NCBI GenBank assembly: GCA_022813865.1
Contig: JALDZX010000037.1
Coordinates: 62,001 to 126,000, forward strand
DNA from: Xylographa opegraphella
Lineage: Eukaryota
Direction of reading: 5' to 3'
Length of the DNA: 64,000 bases
Below, one piece after another: positions 27,067-40,212 of the stretch. The position numbers and the translations under genes were made by a program. Positions within the stretch are counted from its first letter, which is position 1; every line of letters begins with the position of its first letter. Under the pieces are notes generated by a model that saw only the letters and a list, made by a program, of their open reading frames with translations, was not told the DNA's origin and made no database searches.

Positions 27067-28434
27067 TCAGCTACTGGCTTGGTAAACTTTGAAGCTCGCA
27101 AACTCGAAAAATGCTTCCTCAAATGCAGTGGCATTCGTCGTAGCAAAGGTGGCACACGACCCAGGGCATTGGTCCTCCGTATTATATACACTGGTTGAAC
27201 CAGCCCAAGATCCACATATATCAATGTTAGCGATAATACTCTGGTTCGTGAAATGGGTACTGATGTCACAGTCGGTCGAAGGGAAATCAGCAAGTGCAGT
27301 GCCCCAGCTAGAAGGATCCGGGGTGGTGGCGCTGTTGCTGATATCAGCTGGTATGGAAGATCGAGGGAAGAACCATGTCCGAATGCCGGCATCACGTAGC
27401 TCCATTGCATAAACCTGGGAAGTCGTTAGTGTCATTGCTGATGATTGTCCAAGTAGAACTTACTCCTCCCCCAAGAGCGTTTAGGGCCTGCCCATATGTG
27501 ATTCCGGGAGCTTGCACACCACAGCCAGAATTGCTATCGGTACTGTTCAGGCAGTCCGTTGAGAGAGAAGCTCCCGTCATTTCTCTTCTGACGTTCATCT
27601 CACAGTCTGCGGTCGTATGTAAAGTCATTTGGTTCCCCGTAATCGCTTGGTTCACAGCTTCGACTACGTCTGCAAGTTTGATCAGCGTAGTTCGTATTGG
27701 GTTCCGCAACCAAACATGCAGCGGCGGAGATGTACCTATTTCGCCGTGATTTGGCCAATTGGCAGGATCCGCTAACCACACCGAAGGCCATGTACCGCAG
27801 CCATAGGGAGTGTGAAGGATGTCGAAGATAAACAGCCCATCATTATATTGATTCTTCGACTCGATTCGCACCGACTTTCGGCCACCAACGGCATTGGTGT
27901 CCGAGGTATCAACTCTGAGAGTTGCTGAAGCAGAAGTGGCATAGGTAAGGTTCATCGCGGTAGATGCTTCGGCATCGACATAGCTTAGACAGTATGAGCT
28001 CTTACTTCGACAACCAATGCCAGGGTTGCCACTCACAGAACAAAGCCTTGAGAAGGATCAGGGCCGGTGAAGTAGTTGAAATTGTCGAAGAATGTACTGC
28101 CCTCGTCTGTTTTGAATGATATCATTTAGCCAGCTACTCCCTCTCTTTCAGGAAAAGTCTCACATGTTTCTTGTAGGTGATAGCTAAGTTTGCTATAGTC
28201 TGGGTAGCGGGCATTTCTTGCTTCCACAGTCGCCACCGCAATAATGATGATTATGACGATAACGATTCCAACAACCGACAATATCTGGGATCTGCGACTC
28301 CAGCCTCTCGGGTCCCATCGACTGCCTCTTGCGCGTGTGCTGTAATCGTAAGACGGTGGAGGTCCGGACACGAGGTTTATATCATCATCAAAGGCACCTT
28401 TCCTGTTTGCACCACCGTATCCTGTGTACGCCAT
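27067..28434 (-). CDS. GH16 endo-1,3(4)-beta-glucanase (Lam16A-like) with N-terminal membrane anchor
   Basis: TM segment ILSVVGIVIVIIIIIAV; GRKSVRIES, GCGTWP, catalytic EI|DVVE split by an intron, NALGGG|VYAME, DPSSWG, NIDICGSWAG. Confidence 0.9.
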
Positions 28435-30849
28435 GGTACTAGGCTAATCAAATCGAGCTTGACAAAAGATGGAATTATCGTGAGACCGTATATCTGTTGC
28501 CAGACAGAGAATGAGGAATTATCAAACGAAAGACTCTCTTGCGGACGAAATGGAAGGGTTGAGAAATTTGGACGGATGAGGAAAAGCAGGTCAAAATGAG
28601 AAATCACTGGGCAGGCAAGCACTATCTAGGCTTGGGATATCACCGGTGAGGTAAAGGCCAATGATTATTATTGCATAGTGGCAGGGTCCACAGATTTAGG
28701 AGGTATGGATCAAGCCTTGCCGACACAGGCCACAAATGCGTAATCACGCAGATCACACCCTTCGCTGTTGATATTCGCAGCGACGCGCGTTTGAGGATAA
28801 GGCGGAATCGTTCCCGGCAAGATCGTCAGGGGGGTCACAAGCCAGTTGATGCTATTAATAGGACCCGAACGAGGTACTGTCGTCAATCTCACCGATTGTC
28901 CACTGACAGCTTCCTGAGAATGTCTCGGTCGTGCTTCATGCCTACATATTGTGACTTCTAGCCAATTCGTTACCGGTCGCAATGTTAGTTCCAGGATAGT
29001 ACGAACCAGACTACGGCAGTTTGCGCCGATCATGCCAGGGCCTCGATACAGAGTAGGACTGCTGTAAAAGCCGACCTCAATTGCCTCTTTGTGACGGTTT
29101 GGCATGTAAAACTTGTGATTTGTATATGAAATATCTGAGCCAATGGCCTAGCCACTCGTTCGGAGTACTCATTGCTCCGCACGGCGGCTACGGAACATAG
29201 CTAATGAGCTTGCATTTGGACGCAGATATTCCGTGACAGCTCAATTTCATTCTCATCTTTATTCGGGCATGGATCACAGGGACTCATTCTCTCACATCAA
29301 CGTATGCCCACCGTCGTTCTTTCTGCACTGCAGCAAGAGCGGACTTGGTGTATGCAAACGCTGCCATACTTCAATTTCATTGCTTAGCAGCTCAGATTCC
29401 AGGCGTCAGAGTGCTGATGAGTGAAACTTGAGACACTGGCTTATTTGTGAGAACTGCATACATATTCTGCACTGTAAAGTGATCAACTAGGCATCCCTGC
29501 ATTATGCCTGAGATACACATCACAGTATTTCTGTTCCGCCGCTCACTCAATGATCCAGGTGTGCAAGTCCTGAGTCTCTCGTTGCGCTTCAGATTATTCC
29601 ATTGACTCCTCATGCTCGGAGAGCCTTGAAATATATCTGTCTTTGTGGCACACCGTAATCTTTCTTCACCATCACAAAAATATATGCAATCACTTCAAGC
29701 ATGTGCAGGTCAACTCTACCTCCCAACTCTTTCCTTCTTCCCCAATCAACATTGGCACAAACAGCTCAGACATCTTGGGTTTCGTCACTGTCTTGTTAGG
29801 ATCGGAGATCCATGGTAGGTGCTTCGGCTCTTCCTCCTCTATCCACACTCTAATGTAGATCATGTGAGTTTTCACCGGCAGTACCTGCAGGCCTTCCTAC
29901 ATAGAAGCAAGCTCTTGCCAAGTTCTTTGCCGAAGAGTATCACCATTGCCATGGTCTTCTTTCTTTTGCGAGCCTTCTGAAATTCGAAAAGAACCCTGCT
30001 CGAGGAAGCATACGAAGCAGAAGACGCGAACGGTATGAAAGCTATTGAGACACGATGAGTTAAGGGAGATGGAGTACAATGTCTGAGTAAGCGATTCCGC
30101 AAGAACTGTGAGTCCAGAAAATTATGATCCTTTCGAAATACTTTGCTTGTGGCCAGGGTATGAAACTCCTACCTGACTGTAAATTACGTACACTCGACGA
30201 CAAGCAAGAAGAGTAGAGCGTAGATGTCTGTACCTCGTCTCATTGACAGGTTTCAAAGCACAAAAGCTCCTTCTCAGTGACTTCAGTCTTCTGAGGTAAC
30301 CTACACACAAAAGGGCTGAAACGGTCGCCAGAGGTGGAAACAGCGAACAGCGTGTGACCAAGGCAGTCTCTCCAAATCAGCTTACTGAAAAGCGGAGATT
30401 GAGACTGATGCTATGGATGCTGCCTCTCCAGCGATTGACAAGCAACGTAAGAGCTCTGCTGCCCGCTCCGAGGACAGACGGGGCCGGATATAATATCGGT
30501 CAGCAAATTTAGACTGAAGGACTTGTCACACGTGTATCAAGAGCAGGTCAAATAGAGCCGTACCACTGAACTATAATCCAAACTGAAGAGAAAAGGTAGG
30601 GACTGAAGAAAAGCAGCACCCTGATAACTCAGCCTACTCAACAACGCCTGTAAGTAGGCTCTTTTTCCAGCGTCGCAGGACCGATGAGAGATCACACTGC
30701 CGATGAAGGGTTTAAGGGGTCACGTGATCGATCACACCGGAGAAACCGCATCATATTACTCCGTCGTGCCCTCTGCCATATCGGAACGAGGTGGTCGAGT
30801 CAGTGCTGGCAATGTCGGGACCTTTGACCGTCGAGTTTACCCAAGCAAC

Positions 30850-31110
30850 GTCCCGCGATGCTTCGCATGCATTACAGAATACTAGAATGACGGCGAGTAT
30901 CTTTTTTCCTAGCACTTGCAGTCCATTGGCCAGTCCGGCCGCCGTCTGTATTCCCCGCAGCAAACTGTCAACGTATTTTTCCCCGCTTCATATCTAGCCT
31001 CATCATGTGAGGCACATTATGCCATGTCATTCTACGTATCTAACGTCTTGAATGCCGTGTGCTGGTGCGGTATTCGCTGGGATCATTGCGCCTGTCCTTT
31101 CTGGCCAAAC
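30850..31110 (+). pseudogene. Possible decayed RBR/IBR (Ariadne-like) E3 ligase fragment
   Basis: Cys-rich fragments in different frames: RCFACITEY*, RLYSP/ANCQRIFP, RHIMPCH, CWCGIRWDHCACPFW. No continuous ORF. Confidence 0.35.
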
Positions 31111-31747
31111 AATGAGCCAATTCATGTGTGTCTGTCTTGATCGAGACAACAGTCAAACCAATCCTCTGTATGCTGAGATCATTGCCACCACAAATCGTCG
31201 CCGCTTGATGGCCGTCGATGGCACTATCGCGGGCGAGATAGCTTGGGGCTTGCATTAGTGACGGCCATTTCCCCAGACTCTGGACTCCATAACTGAACAC
31301 CTGGTAGGTCGGAGCGGAGATAGGCAATGGTGTCGAAGAGCTCAACCGACTACTGAAGTAGGTCAAAAGTATGAGATCGACGTTAAACCCCGGACAACCC
31401 CTGCTACCATTGGCTGTCATTGCAGCTTCTGTCCACACCTATGCTTGCACGATGACGTCTGGTGCTCTTCCCTTTTACTATTTTCTACTATTGTTCCGAG
31501 CACGGATACCATCATCTGCCTTCTGGCTAATCTTGGTCCATTCCGCCCAATGAACCCTCATGTCGTACTTTATGTAAGTGTCTGTCTACATCCTTTCCGG
31601 ATGAGTTTCTGAATGAGAAGTGATCAGATCCCCAACCATAATCATACCTAATCCAGAGCCAAGAGAACAGCTTTGCAATCTGGCTCCTCTCCCAGTGCAA
31701 GAGCACCTTCTACCAAGGAGGGAACCTTTATTGGACTACGTAGTGAG

Positions 31748-33460
31748 ATGTCACAATCGGGAGTGTCAGCGCGGAAAGATAGCATCAAGGTTGGTAGCTA
31801 CGGAGGCCGTGACGATAGACTTGGAAGTATAGTCGGTATGGAGACTGAAACTACTCCTGATAATGCCCATGAACAAGTACCACGAAGACCTTCGGTGGCA
31901 GAAGTTGAGGCACAGGCGCACCGTAAGAAGAGTATCAGCAACGGGGCCGTCACAGGAGCTTCGCAGATCACTGTTCGACAATCGATTTTCCCAATTTGCC
32001 TGGTCACCACTCTATTCTTTCTATGGGGATTCGCATATGGATTACTGGATGTCTTGTTTGTCACCCTAGCTCCAGAATTGGTGCACGGAATCAGCTGAAC
32101 ATTATCAGGAACTCCCATTTCCAAACGACTTTGGGGGTCACCAAAGCGCAAGGTGCCGGGCTTTCGGGAGCCTACTTTGGCGCTTACTTCCTTGCTCCGT
32201 TGACATATGCTGGATGGATCGTTCGGCGATATGGCTATAGATGGACGTTCATCACGGGTCTCTGCATCTTCGGCGTCGGATCCCTGATGTTTTGGCCTTC
32301 GGGTGTCAAAAGGTCATTCGGTGGATTTGTAGGAAGCATGTTTATCGTTGGAAGTGGTCTGTCGACACTCGAGACTTCTGCCAATCCATACATTGCCACG
32401 TGCGGACCACCAAGATATTCAGACCTGCGCCTTAATCTCTCCCAATCATTTCAGGCCATTGGCAGTGTTGTTGCGCCTCTGCTCGCTGCTCAGGTCTTCT
32501 TCAAGAACGTCAATGATACATCCTTGACATCGGTACAATATACATACCTAGCGGTTGCCTGCTTTGTCTTCCTTCTCGCGGTGGTGTTCTATTTCGCGCC
32601 AATCCCGGAGATCACAGACTCGGATATGGCCGATGGCGAGGAAATGGGTCGAGACTTCGATACTGGATACGTGGAAAAGCCGCTCCACAAGCAGTACGTC
32701 CTATTTTGGGGAGTTTTAGCACAATTCTGTTATGTCGGGTCCCAGGTTGCCATCGCAAATTTCTTCATCAACTACGTCCAGCAGGTACGTCGTCCTTATG
32801 ATACAACGCGGCCCCCGCGAGATTGTTCTTCCCGGACCGCGCCTTTACGAACTGACTCCTTCACAGGTCCGACCCGGGACATCGCAATCAACCGGATCCA
32901 ACCTCCTGGCGGTCGCGCAGTCCCTCTTCGCCATCGGCCGATTCTTCTCCTCCCTCTGCATGCGATACCTCAAACCCCGCCACGTCCTCTGGCTGTTCAT
33001 GAGCATGATCTTGGTCTTCATCTCCTGCGCCATCGGCGTCCGCGGCAACGGCGGCATCGCCACCCTGTCGCTCGTCCTCTTCTTCGAATCCTGCATCTAC
33101 CCCACCATCTTCACGCTCTCCCTGCGCGGTCTCGGCCGCCACACCAAGCGCGGCGCGTCCTTCATCGTCAGCTCCGTCTCCGGCGGCGCCGTCTTCCCCC
33201 CCGTCCTCGGCGTCGTGGCCGATGCGCGCAACACGCAGATCGCGATGTGCATCCCGCTGATCGGCTTCGTCGTCAGCTGGAGCTTCCCGCTGTACCTGAA
33301 CCTGTTCAAGGCGACGGAGCTGGACGGGTACTTGAAGTCGAAGGTCGGCATCGTGGTCGCGGAGGACGCTTCCGTCGAGAGTGGGTTAGGGGCCAGTAGC
33401 GAGGGGAGCGAGAAGACGTCGGGAGGGACGTTCGGGGAGGTTTTCCATAAAGAGGGGTAA
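31748..33460 (+). CDS. L-fucose/glucose:H+ symporter family MFS permease (FucP-like)
   Basis: LFFLWGFAYGLLDVL|NSHFQ, AYFGAYF, GLSTLETSANPY, RLNLSQSFQAIG, AQFCYVGSQV, FESCIYPTIF, LGRHTKRG. Introns ~32056-32109 and ~32785-32867. Confidence 0.92.
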
Positions 33461-34091
33461 GGGAGGTGGGTAGGTCATGCTGGATATCCTAGTTTCTGCG
33501 AGTGTTCCACAGCACGCGCGGGTGGATCAGATTCATTTTGTTGCAATGCAGACGAATATTGTACACCGTATGCCTCTTGAAGTGCCTAGAGCACGATAAT
33601 GATAGGTGGATCGTGGTCTGCCAAGGGAGCTAAGTAGCTAAAGGAAAGAAGGTTTCAATGAACATGCTCGAGTACAGCCTCAGGTAGGAAAGACGCAGGT
33701 TAGGGTCAGGTCAACAACAGGGTTTGGTCCCATGATGCCATCAAAGTAAAATGGCGATGTTAATGTATTTCCTTCACTATGGCGATGATGAAATTCAAAC
33801 ACCTTGGCAAAATGTAACGGACAGGTACCATGCAATGGACGATCAGATCACTTCATAGCACGGCAACATTGATGTGAAAGCGGCCCATGTAATGATTGAT
33901 TACACTATTAGTTGCTAACAAGCTTCGATCTTTTCGGTATCCAGGTATCATCGCTCCCAAGCGCCAGCAAAGGCTTGTCCGTATCGCTAACAAGTGGGGT
34001 ATTAAATACAGATGGGTATTTCAGTCATGAGGCTAGGCAAACAAATCAACTCTCGAAACGCTTATGCCCAGCGAGAGACAAATCGGAATAC

Positions 34092-35178
34092 TTAGACAGT
34101 GTTGACGGCAGTGGTTCCGTTGGTGCCAGCGGTGACACCGTTGGTGGCACCGTTGGCACCGTTGTGCACACCGTTGTGGCCGTTTGTCTTTTCACGGACA
34201 CCGTAGGCATTTGGCAACTCGTCGTAGTCGTCTAGAGACGAGTCAACTTTGATCGAAAGAACAGCTGCGCAAAACTTACGGATGTGTAATCCAAGCTCAG
34301 CAGGGCTGATGTTGCGGTGACCCCACAAAAGAAGAGCACCGAAGACTGGCTTCGCGAACAGATCCAGGATACCGTAGAATATAGCCTCGCTGTCAGGGTG
34401 GATGACGTTGCCTCCCTCAGCAAGACCCCAGGCGATGGGGTAGAGGAACCACAAGAAGATGGTGAGAACACCGCAGGTGGTGTATGCACGCGAGACCTTG
34501 GGTCCAAGCGCAGCAGCATGCTTGCGGGCAACGAAGACCAGTATGTAGACCACGTATAGGAAGGCTATGTTACCAAATACATAATATCCCCACTACGAAG
34601 AAGTCAGCTTTTTCTTCTCTTGCTTCAAGTCGAGGGTGAAAAGGTTCCGAGACTGACCTTGTAGCTTGAGCGGGTGAGAGCACCGACGAGACCAGTGACA
34701 ATCATAAACTCATCCATGAGGAGGGTGATCAAGATGGTAGGCCACGGGAGACCCGCTGTCAAGAGAAGGTCAAGGAGCAGAAGCGGTGTTGTGACGAACC
34801 TAGGATAGTCAGCGAAAGTATCAACACTCAACTTCTCGAAACTCACCAGTCGATATATCGCACGTAGAAGATCTCACGAGTACCAGCCGATGAAACGGCC
34901 GGGTTACTGCGGATGAACTCGGCTTGGATTGGAACTTGACCCAGGTTGGATCCCATGGAGAAGTAGGCGATGGCAGCGGTCAAGGTGATGGCCGCAGTGA
35001 TGTAGTGGAACACACGCTCGGTACGAGGCTTGGTGAAGGAGTGACCGAGGAAGACCAAGCTGGCCAAGGTCATCACGGCGCAGACGGCCCAGTACCAGTC
35101 GCTGCCATTGGTGGTGATGGAGAGGTCGGGGCTGCCACCGATCCCATTGTTGACGCTGAGAGCCTGATTACCAGACAT
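34092..35178 (-). CDS. carO: Fungal rhodopsin, CarO type (retinal-binding light-driven proton pump)
   Basis: Four exons. Helix C RYIDW|FVTTPLLLLDL; DEFMIVTG; FLYPIAWGLAEG; helix G YGILDLFAKPVF with the Schiff-base Lys. Lies next to carB. Confidence 0.92.
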
Positions 35179-36805
35179 CGTCTGGATGAAAGTAAAAGTT
35201 GCTGATAGTAATCCAAAGGGGACGATATCGTCGACGAAGCTTGGCGCTGATGGGCGAGGATGGGTGTGCTGGATGGGAGGAGAGAGGAAGAAGGGATGGC
35301 AGCTTTGTTTTTGAATCACACAGCAAGCACTAGCTCCAAACGCGAAATTTGCTGGCAGAGTATGACTTCACTCGGACCCCTGTCACCCAGAAGTGTCATC
35401 ACTTGCCGAACTAGCCTTTTGCCTGGGGTGAGGTAATGCCACTATCACTTTTGCTACCTTACCTCACACAGTAGTAAGACTTTTGCTAGCGGGCGCTGAG
35501 GGTGAAGGATCAGGATGGATCAGCACGATGCCTATCTGTCCCGAAGCTTGGACGGTATCAATAAGCGTCGGTCAGTGATTATGTACCTAGCTCTACATAG
35601 TCAGGTACCTATCACGGAACATCATCCTGTCTACTAATCGGACGATGGTCTACAGAGCATACCTACACAGTACCTCGCTCCACCCATCATCATTACATAG
35701 TACTTCCGCTCACGTAGAAAGTACGAGGACTCCACCCAACAAACTCTGCTCCCCTTGGTCAGAAAGGTGGTGATGACATCAATGATCCATCATCCATGCC
35801 GCGCACAGCACACTAGCTAGGCGTGCGCAGGCCTGCAAGTGCCGACCGGGCGCCGTTGGCATCCGAGCTCGAAGCTTGATTCGACTTCGACCGCGGCGGC
35901 CGCGCATCCGATGACCGACGGCCGACGACCAGCTCGCTCAGAGTCGCCAAACATTACCTTGTCACGATCAGAGGTCGCTTGTGATGTATCGGACCGCTTA
36001 CTCGTCCTCCCACGGTGGTGAGTATTGTCGATATTGTATTGTAGATTGAGAACTGAAATTGTCCCGATGAACGAGCTCTACGCCAATGTCACTTTTGTGT
36101 TCGGCGAGATGTGATCGTGGCGATCCCTGTCGCCTTCCCGGCTTCCCGGCGATCTCGCTTCTTGCTGGCAGGAATGCCATTTTTCATTCTTCCGCCATGG
36201 CGTTTCCGTCAGCACGCTGCTGACCTTAAGCTCATCTCGCTTCAGCAACCTTGCCCTCGGCGATGCTCCCGTCGCCCTATCGGTGGATACTCTCTTGAAA
36301 ATCCAAACCTCTACTAACTACTGTGTATCCCTGGAGCACAAAAGCCGTTACAGAAGTGGCCGTGTCAACGATGAATGACCACGACACAGAATTAACTTTT
36401 CACAAAACTACTGCTCGCATTACTGAATTTTCCTCGTAAACGCTGAGTCTATCCCAGCCCATGGAGGCGGTGGCCACGAATGCCGTCCGATCCGACCTCC
36501 GCACTGAGTCTCAATTGGGCGCAAAAGTCCCTCACGCGCACAAGTAGTAGTACTCCAGTCATCTCCTGCACCCCCAGTACACGGTAAAGCCGCTAGTATC
36601 CGGCCGCGCAGAGAGAGGGAAAAAATCTCTCCACCTCCAACGGCATAAACGAAGGGACATGTGTCTCGGTAATCAAGAACGAGCTGCACACCCATCCGTC
36701 GTCACGAGATGCTCCCGCTGCACGCCCAGCCTACCCCACAATCCACAGTCACCGCATTGTCACCGCATTGTCCATCCGTCGCTGCCGGTCAGACGCGCAT
36801 GAAGA

Positions 36806-36830
36806 CACCACCACCACCACCACCACCACC
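36806..36830. repeat. (CCA)n microsatellite, about 8 units
   Basis: CACCACCACCACCACCACCACCACC read directly from the sequence. Confidence 0.85.
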
Positions 36831-37973
36831 GCCCGGCGTTGGATGAAAATCCCGCATACTGCTTTCTCCTTATCAGATGACCCATCAGAGACCTCCGCCC
36901 TACCTTAGCTGACCGGCTCGACTTCCACCCACAAACCCGCTGACAAACTAGCCTCGCCAAGCATAGCATGCCATCCGCCAGCATGAGCACTGGCCGCTTT
37001 CCTGAAGGCTCAGCAGCACCGACCGACGCCACACAGCGAGCAGTGGCGGTGCGCTATACCCATCTTGGCCGCAACAGGATGTCGAAACTTCCAAGAGCCT
37101 CCATCTCATTGGCGCGCGGCGCGCGCTTGGCAGCACGATGTAAAATCCTGCATCAAAGTTGCTACTACAAAGTTATGTACGACAGTAGTACCTCGATAAA
37201 AACCCCCTCGGGCGTGCCATGCAACGCTTGCTTTCTTAAGGTAGCCACTGTGCACACGCCTACTTGCATACAGAGTAATCTTAAGGTAGCCAGACTCGGT
37301 CGCGTGCATGATGCTAAAGTAGGTATAAAATACGAAGTACCTAAGGTAGGACCTCATTCGGAACCCGTCGGATGCGAGAAAAAGCACGCTGCACCATCAT
37401 CAACTCAATTCATTCTCGTCGACTCGGCTTTTGCGGCTTTGTAGGCGGGTGAAGCGGCGCTGGAAAAAGTTGAGGGCGGGGGGGGTGCTGCTTTAAGGCG
37501 AATTGGGGGGCGGGGGCGAACATCTTGCACCAGACCGGCGATCGTGGCTGGTATGTGTTGCGTTGGCTGTCGGTGTAAACAAACAGCTTTGCATTCGAGA
37601 ACCGTCTTTTGGGGGAACAATCCACCTGAGCGATGCCTTTGCAAATGCTTTTCAAGGGAGCGTTATGCATTCAAGCAAACTATGTAATCCCACCAGTCGC
37701 GGAGTGAATGAATAGGTAGGCATGCATACTGTGTAATGAGAAATGTAGACGACGGTTTTTCGGGAGGGGAGGGGAGAGGTCTGCTATCTGAACCGCGCCA
37801 AGCATGCCCGTAGTCGCCAGGTGAAGCAGCATGTACTGTATACCTCTAGCAACATCGACTTTATTCTTTAACAGTACGGAGAGGAGGAAACCTCAACTAC
37901 CTATGTGGCCAACTGGCCAACTCCACGCACGCCAGCCATGATCGCGTATCTGTAACACACTCTCGCCGGACCT

Positions 37974-39812
37974 TCACCGCCACATGCCCTTCCCCACCCC
38001 CGCCAGCAGGTTCGCCTGCCACAACACGCTCAACACCAACAAGACGAGCACCAGCACGACGATGTGGACATTCGACAGCACCGGCCCGGCCTGGATCCGA
38101 TCGATGTCCTTGACGCCCGCACCGCCGCCCTTCCCTTTCGCCACCGCGTCCGCTGCCGTCCACGGGCACCGGACCCCGCTCGCCAGTAGCACCTGCTCGC
38201 TCGTGATCTTCGCCCCCGCCAGACAGATGGGCACGCCCGTGCCCGGGTGCGTGCTTGCGCCGACGAAGAACAAGTCCTCGTACCGGGCATGCTTGGTCTT
38301 CGGCCGGAAACTCAGCACGTTGAAGAAGCTGTGCGACAGGCCCAGGATGGCTCCCTTGTCCAGGTTGAACGTCTCCTTCCAGCTCGTGGGCGTGTTCACG
38401 ATTTCGTGAACCAGGGCCGCGCCGATATCGGCTCCCGTACGGTCTCGCACGGTGCTGATGACCGTCTCCCGAGCTTTGGCGACCATGGTCGCCCAGTCTT
38501 GGTTGTAAGGGTGGGAGGGCGAGAGCCCTGTCCCGGTTTCGTCGAGGAGGTGCCCCACCGGTACCAGGACCACAACGGAGTCTTTGCCTTCTGGAGCTGC
38601 GGAGGGGTCGATGCGCGACGGAACATTGACATAGAACGAAGGCTGATCAGGAATGAGGTGTTCCTTGAATATTGAGTCGAAGGACTCGCGATAATGGTCT
38701 GCGAGGAAGATGTTGTGAGTCGTCAGTTCGGGGACCTGCCGGTCGAGGGCCCAGTAGAAGGATATGGAGGAGCAGCTTGCCGCGCGCTTCGACAGAGCTG
38801 AAGCGGTGGACGATGGCGGTAGAAGGTTGTTGTAGGCGTACACCAGATCAGCGTTTATAACCACAAGGTCGGCCGAGAGCGATTCCCCAGTCTCTAAAGT
38901 GACACCGCTTGCGCGGCCGTTTGATATTGTCACCGACGCGACGGGAGTAGATAGCCGATAGGTAACGCCTAGGCGTTCGCCAACTTTGACAAGGGCGGAA
39001 ATCACACGGTGGAAGCCGCCTCGTGGATACCAAATCCCCTCCGCTAGCTCGGTATATTGTAGAAGGGAGTAAGTTCCTGGAGCATCAAAGGGTGACATGC
39101 CCATGTACATGCTCCCGAAAGTGAAAACTCGTCGAAGCCGCTCGGTCCAGAAATACTTTGAGGCGCGGGAGTATATGCTCTCAAATGGGTGCAGAGCTAA
39201 AACTTTGAGAAGGAACGACAGCCGCGCCATCGAGAGAAGAGATGTGAAGTTTTTCCTCAGCACATGTGTAACGCTCAGCTCGTAGTGGCGATGAGACTCC
39301 TGCAAGAAGCCTAGATATCTCTCGTATCCATCCTTGCCTTCCCATTTCTCAATCTCGTTCTTCATACGTGCCTGGTCTGTGGACAACTCGAAAGACTCCC
39401 CATCGCTGAACCATAAGTTGTAATTTGGCTCACACTTCAAAAGCTCCACACCTTCAGCTTCCAGTGAGGTATCGAGGTCGTAGAATGCTTCGCGGAAAAG
39501 GTGAGGCAGGAGCAGCAGCGAAGGCCCTTGGTCAAACCGCTAGCCGTAGGTTAGCATTCGTTCGCAGAGACCATACAAGGGACGGCGGACATAGCCGTCA
39601 TGGTGGATCAAAGAGCATCGTCCTCCAGTAAAATTGTTCTTCTCAAAGACTGTAACATCGAAACCCGCCTTCGCAAGTCTCGTAGCAGTCGCGACGCCCC
39701 CAACACCCGCGCCTACAGACAGTAATTAGCATAGGCATGGCTGTGCTGAAATTGTTGGCGTGAGGTGGTTACCAACAACAAATGCTGTCTTCTGCCCCGG
39801 TCCCTTGCCCAT
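37974..39812 (-). CDS. carB: Phytoene desaturase (CrtI type; al-1 orthologue)
   Basis: MGKGPGQKTAFVV|GAGVGGVATATRLA..EKNNFTGGRCS..|RFDQGPSLLL, YMGMSPFDAPGTYSLL, WYPRGG, FVGASTHPGTGVP, and a hydrophobic C-terminal tail. Two 5' introns. Confidence 0.96.
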
Positions 39813-40212
39813 TGTTACCGATACTGGAGACTTTGGAGAAGAAGAAAGAATCTTACATGGTGACGATGATGATGTTGCAGAACTCTAGCCCTAACCTCAC
39901 GTGACTTATAGGAGTGTGCATACTTTGGCATGTGCTTTCCACAGGTATAATGATCCCCCGAAGCAACCGCAGTCTCTACGGAAATCACTTTCCTCGAACC
40001 TTGAACGAAGCGGTTCTAAAAGCATAACTTTGCTATCAAGAGCAAGGGGTATCTAGCTAAATTACAAAGATGGTTCTCGCATGCTTTTTCCGGCTCCCAG
40101 TATCACAGCCCTCTATGGTATCGCAACCAGTGCGGATACATTAGCTATGCCAACACATCGAATTGCCTCGTTTCTCTTCTTCACATTAGATTAGTGATTT
40201 GCCCGAAAGCTT

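Noticed and set aside
31996..33399. 467-aa ORF as a separate or frameshifted gene overlapping 32732-33460
   Set aside because: Explained by two ordinary introns of the single FucP-like gene; the Arg-rich tail is off-frame GC-rich sequence.
36420..37715. ORFs in the carO-carB spacer (e.g. 36968-37444, poly-Trp ORF 36760-37032)
   Set aside because: No family motifs or splice structure; the poly-Trp run is the CCA microsatellite.
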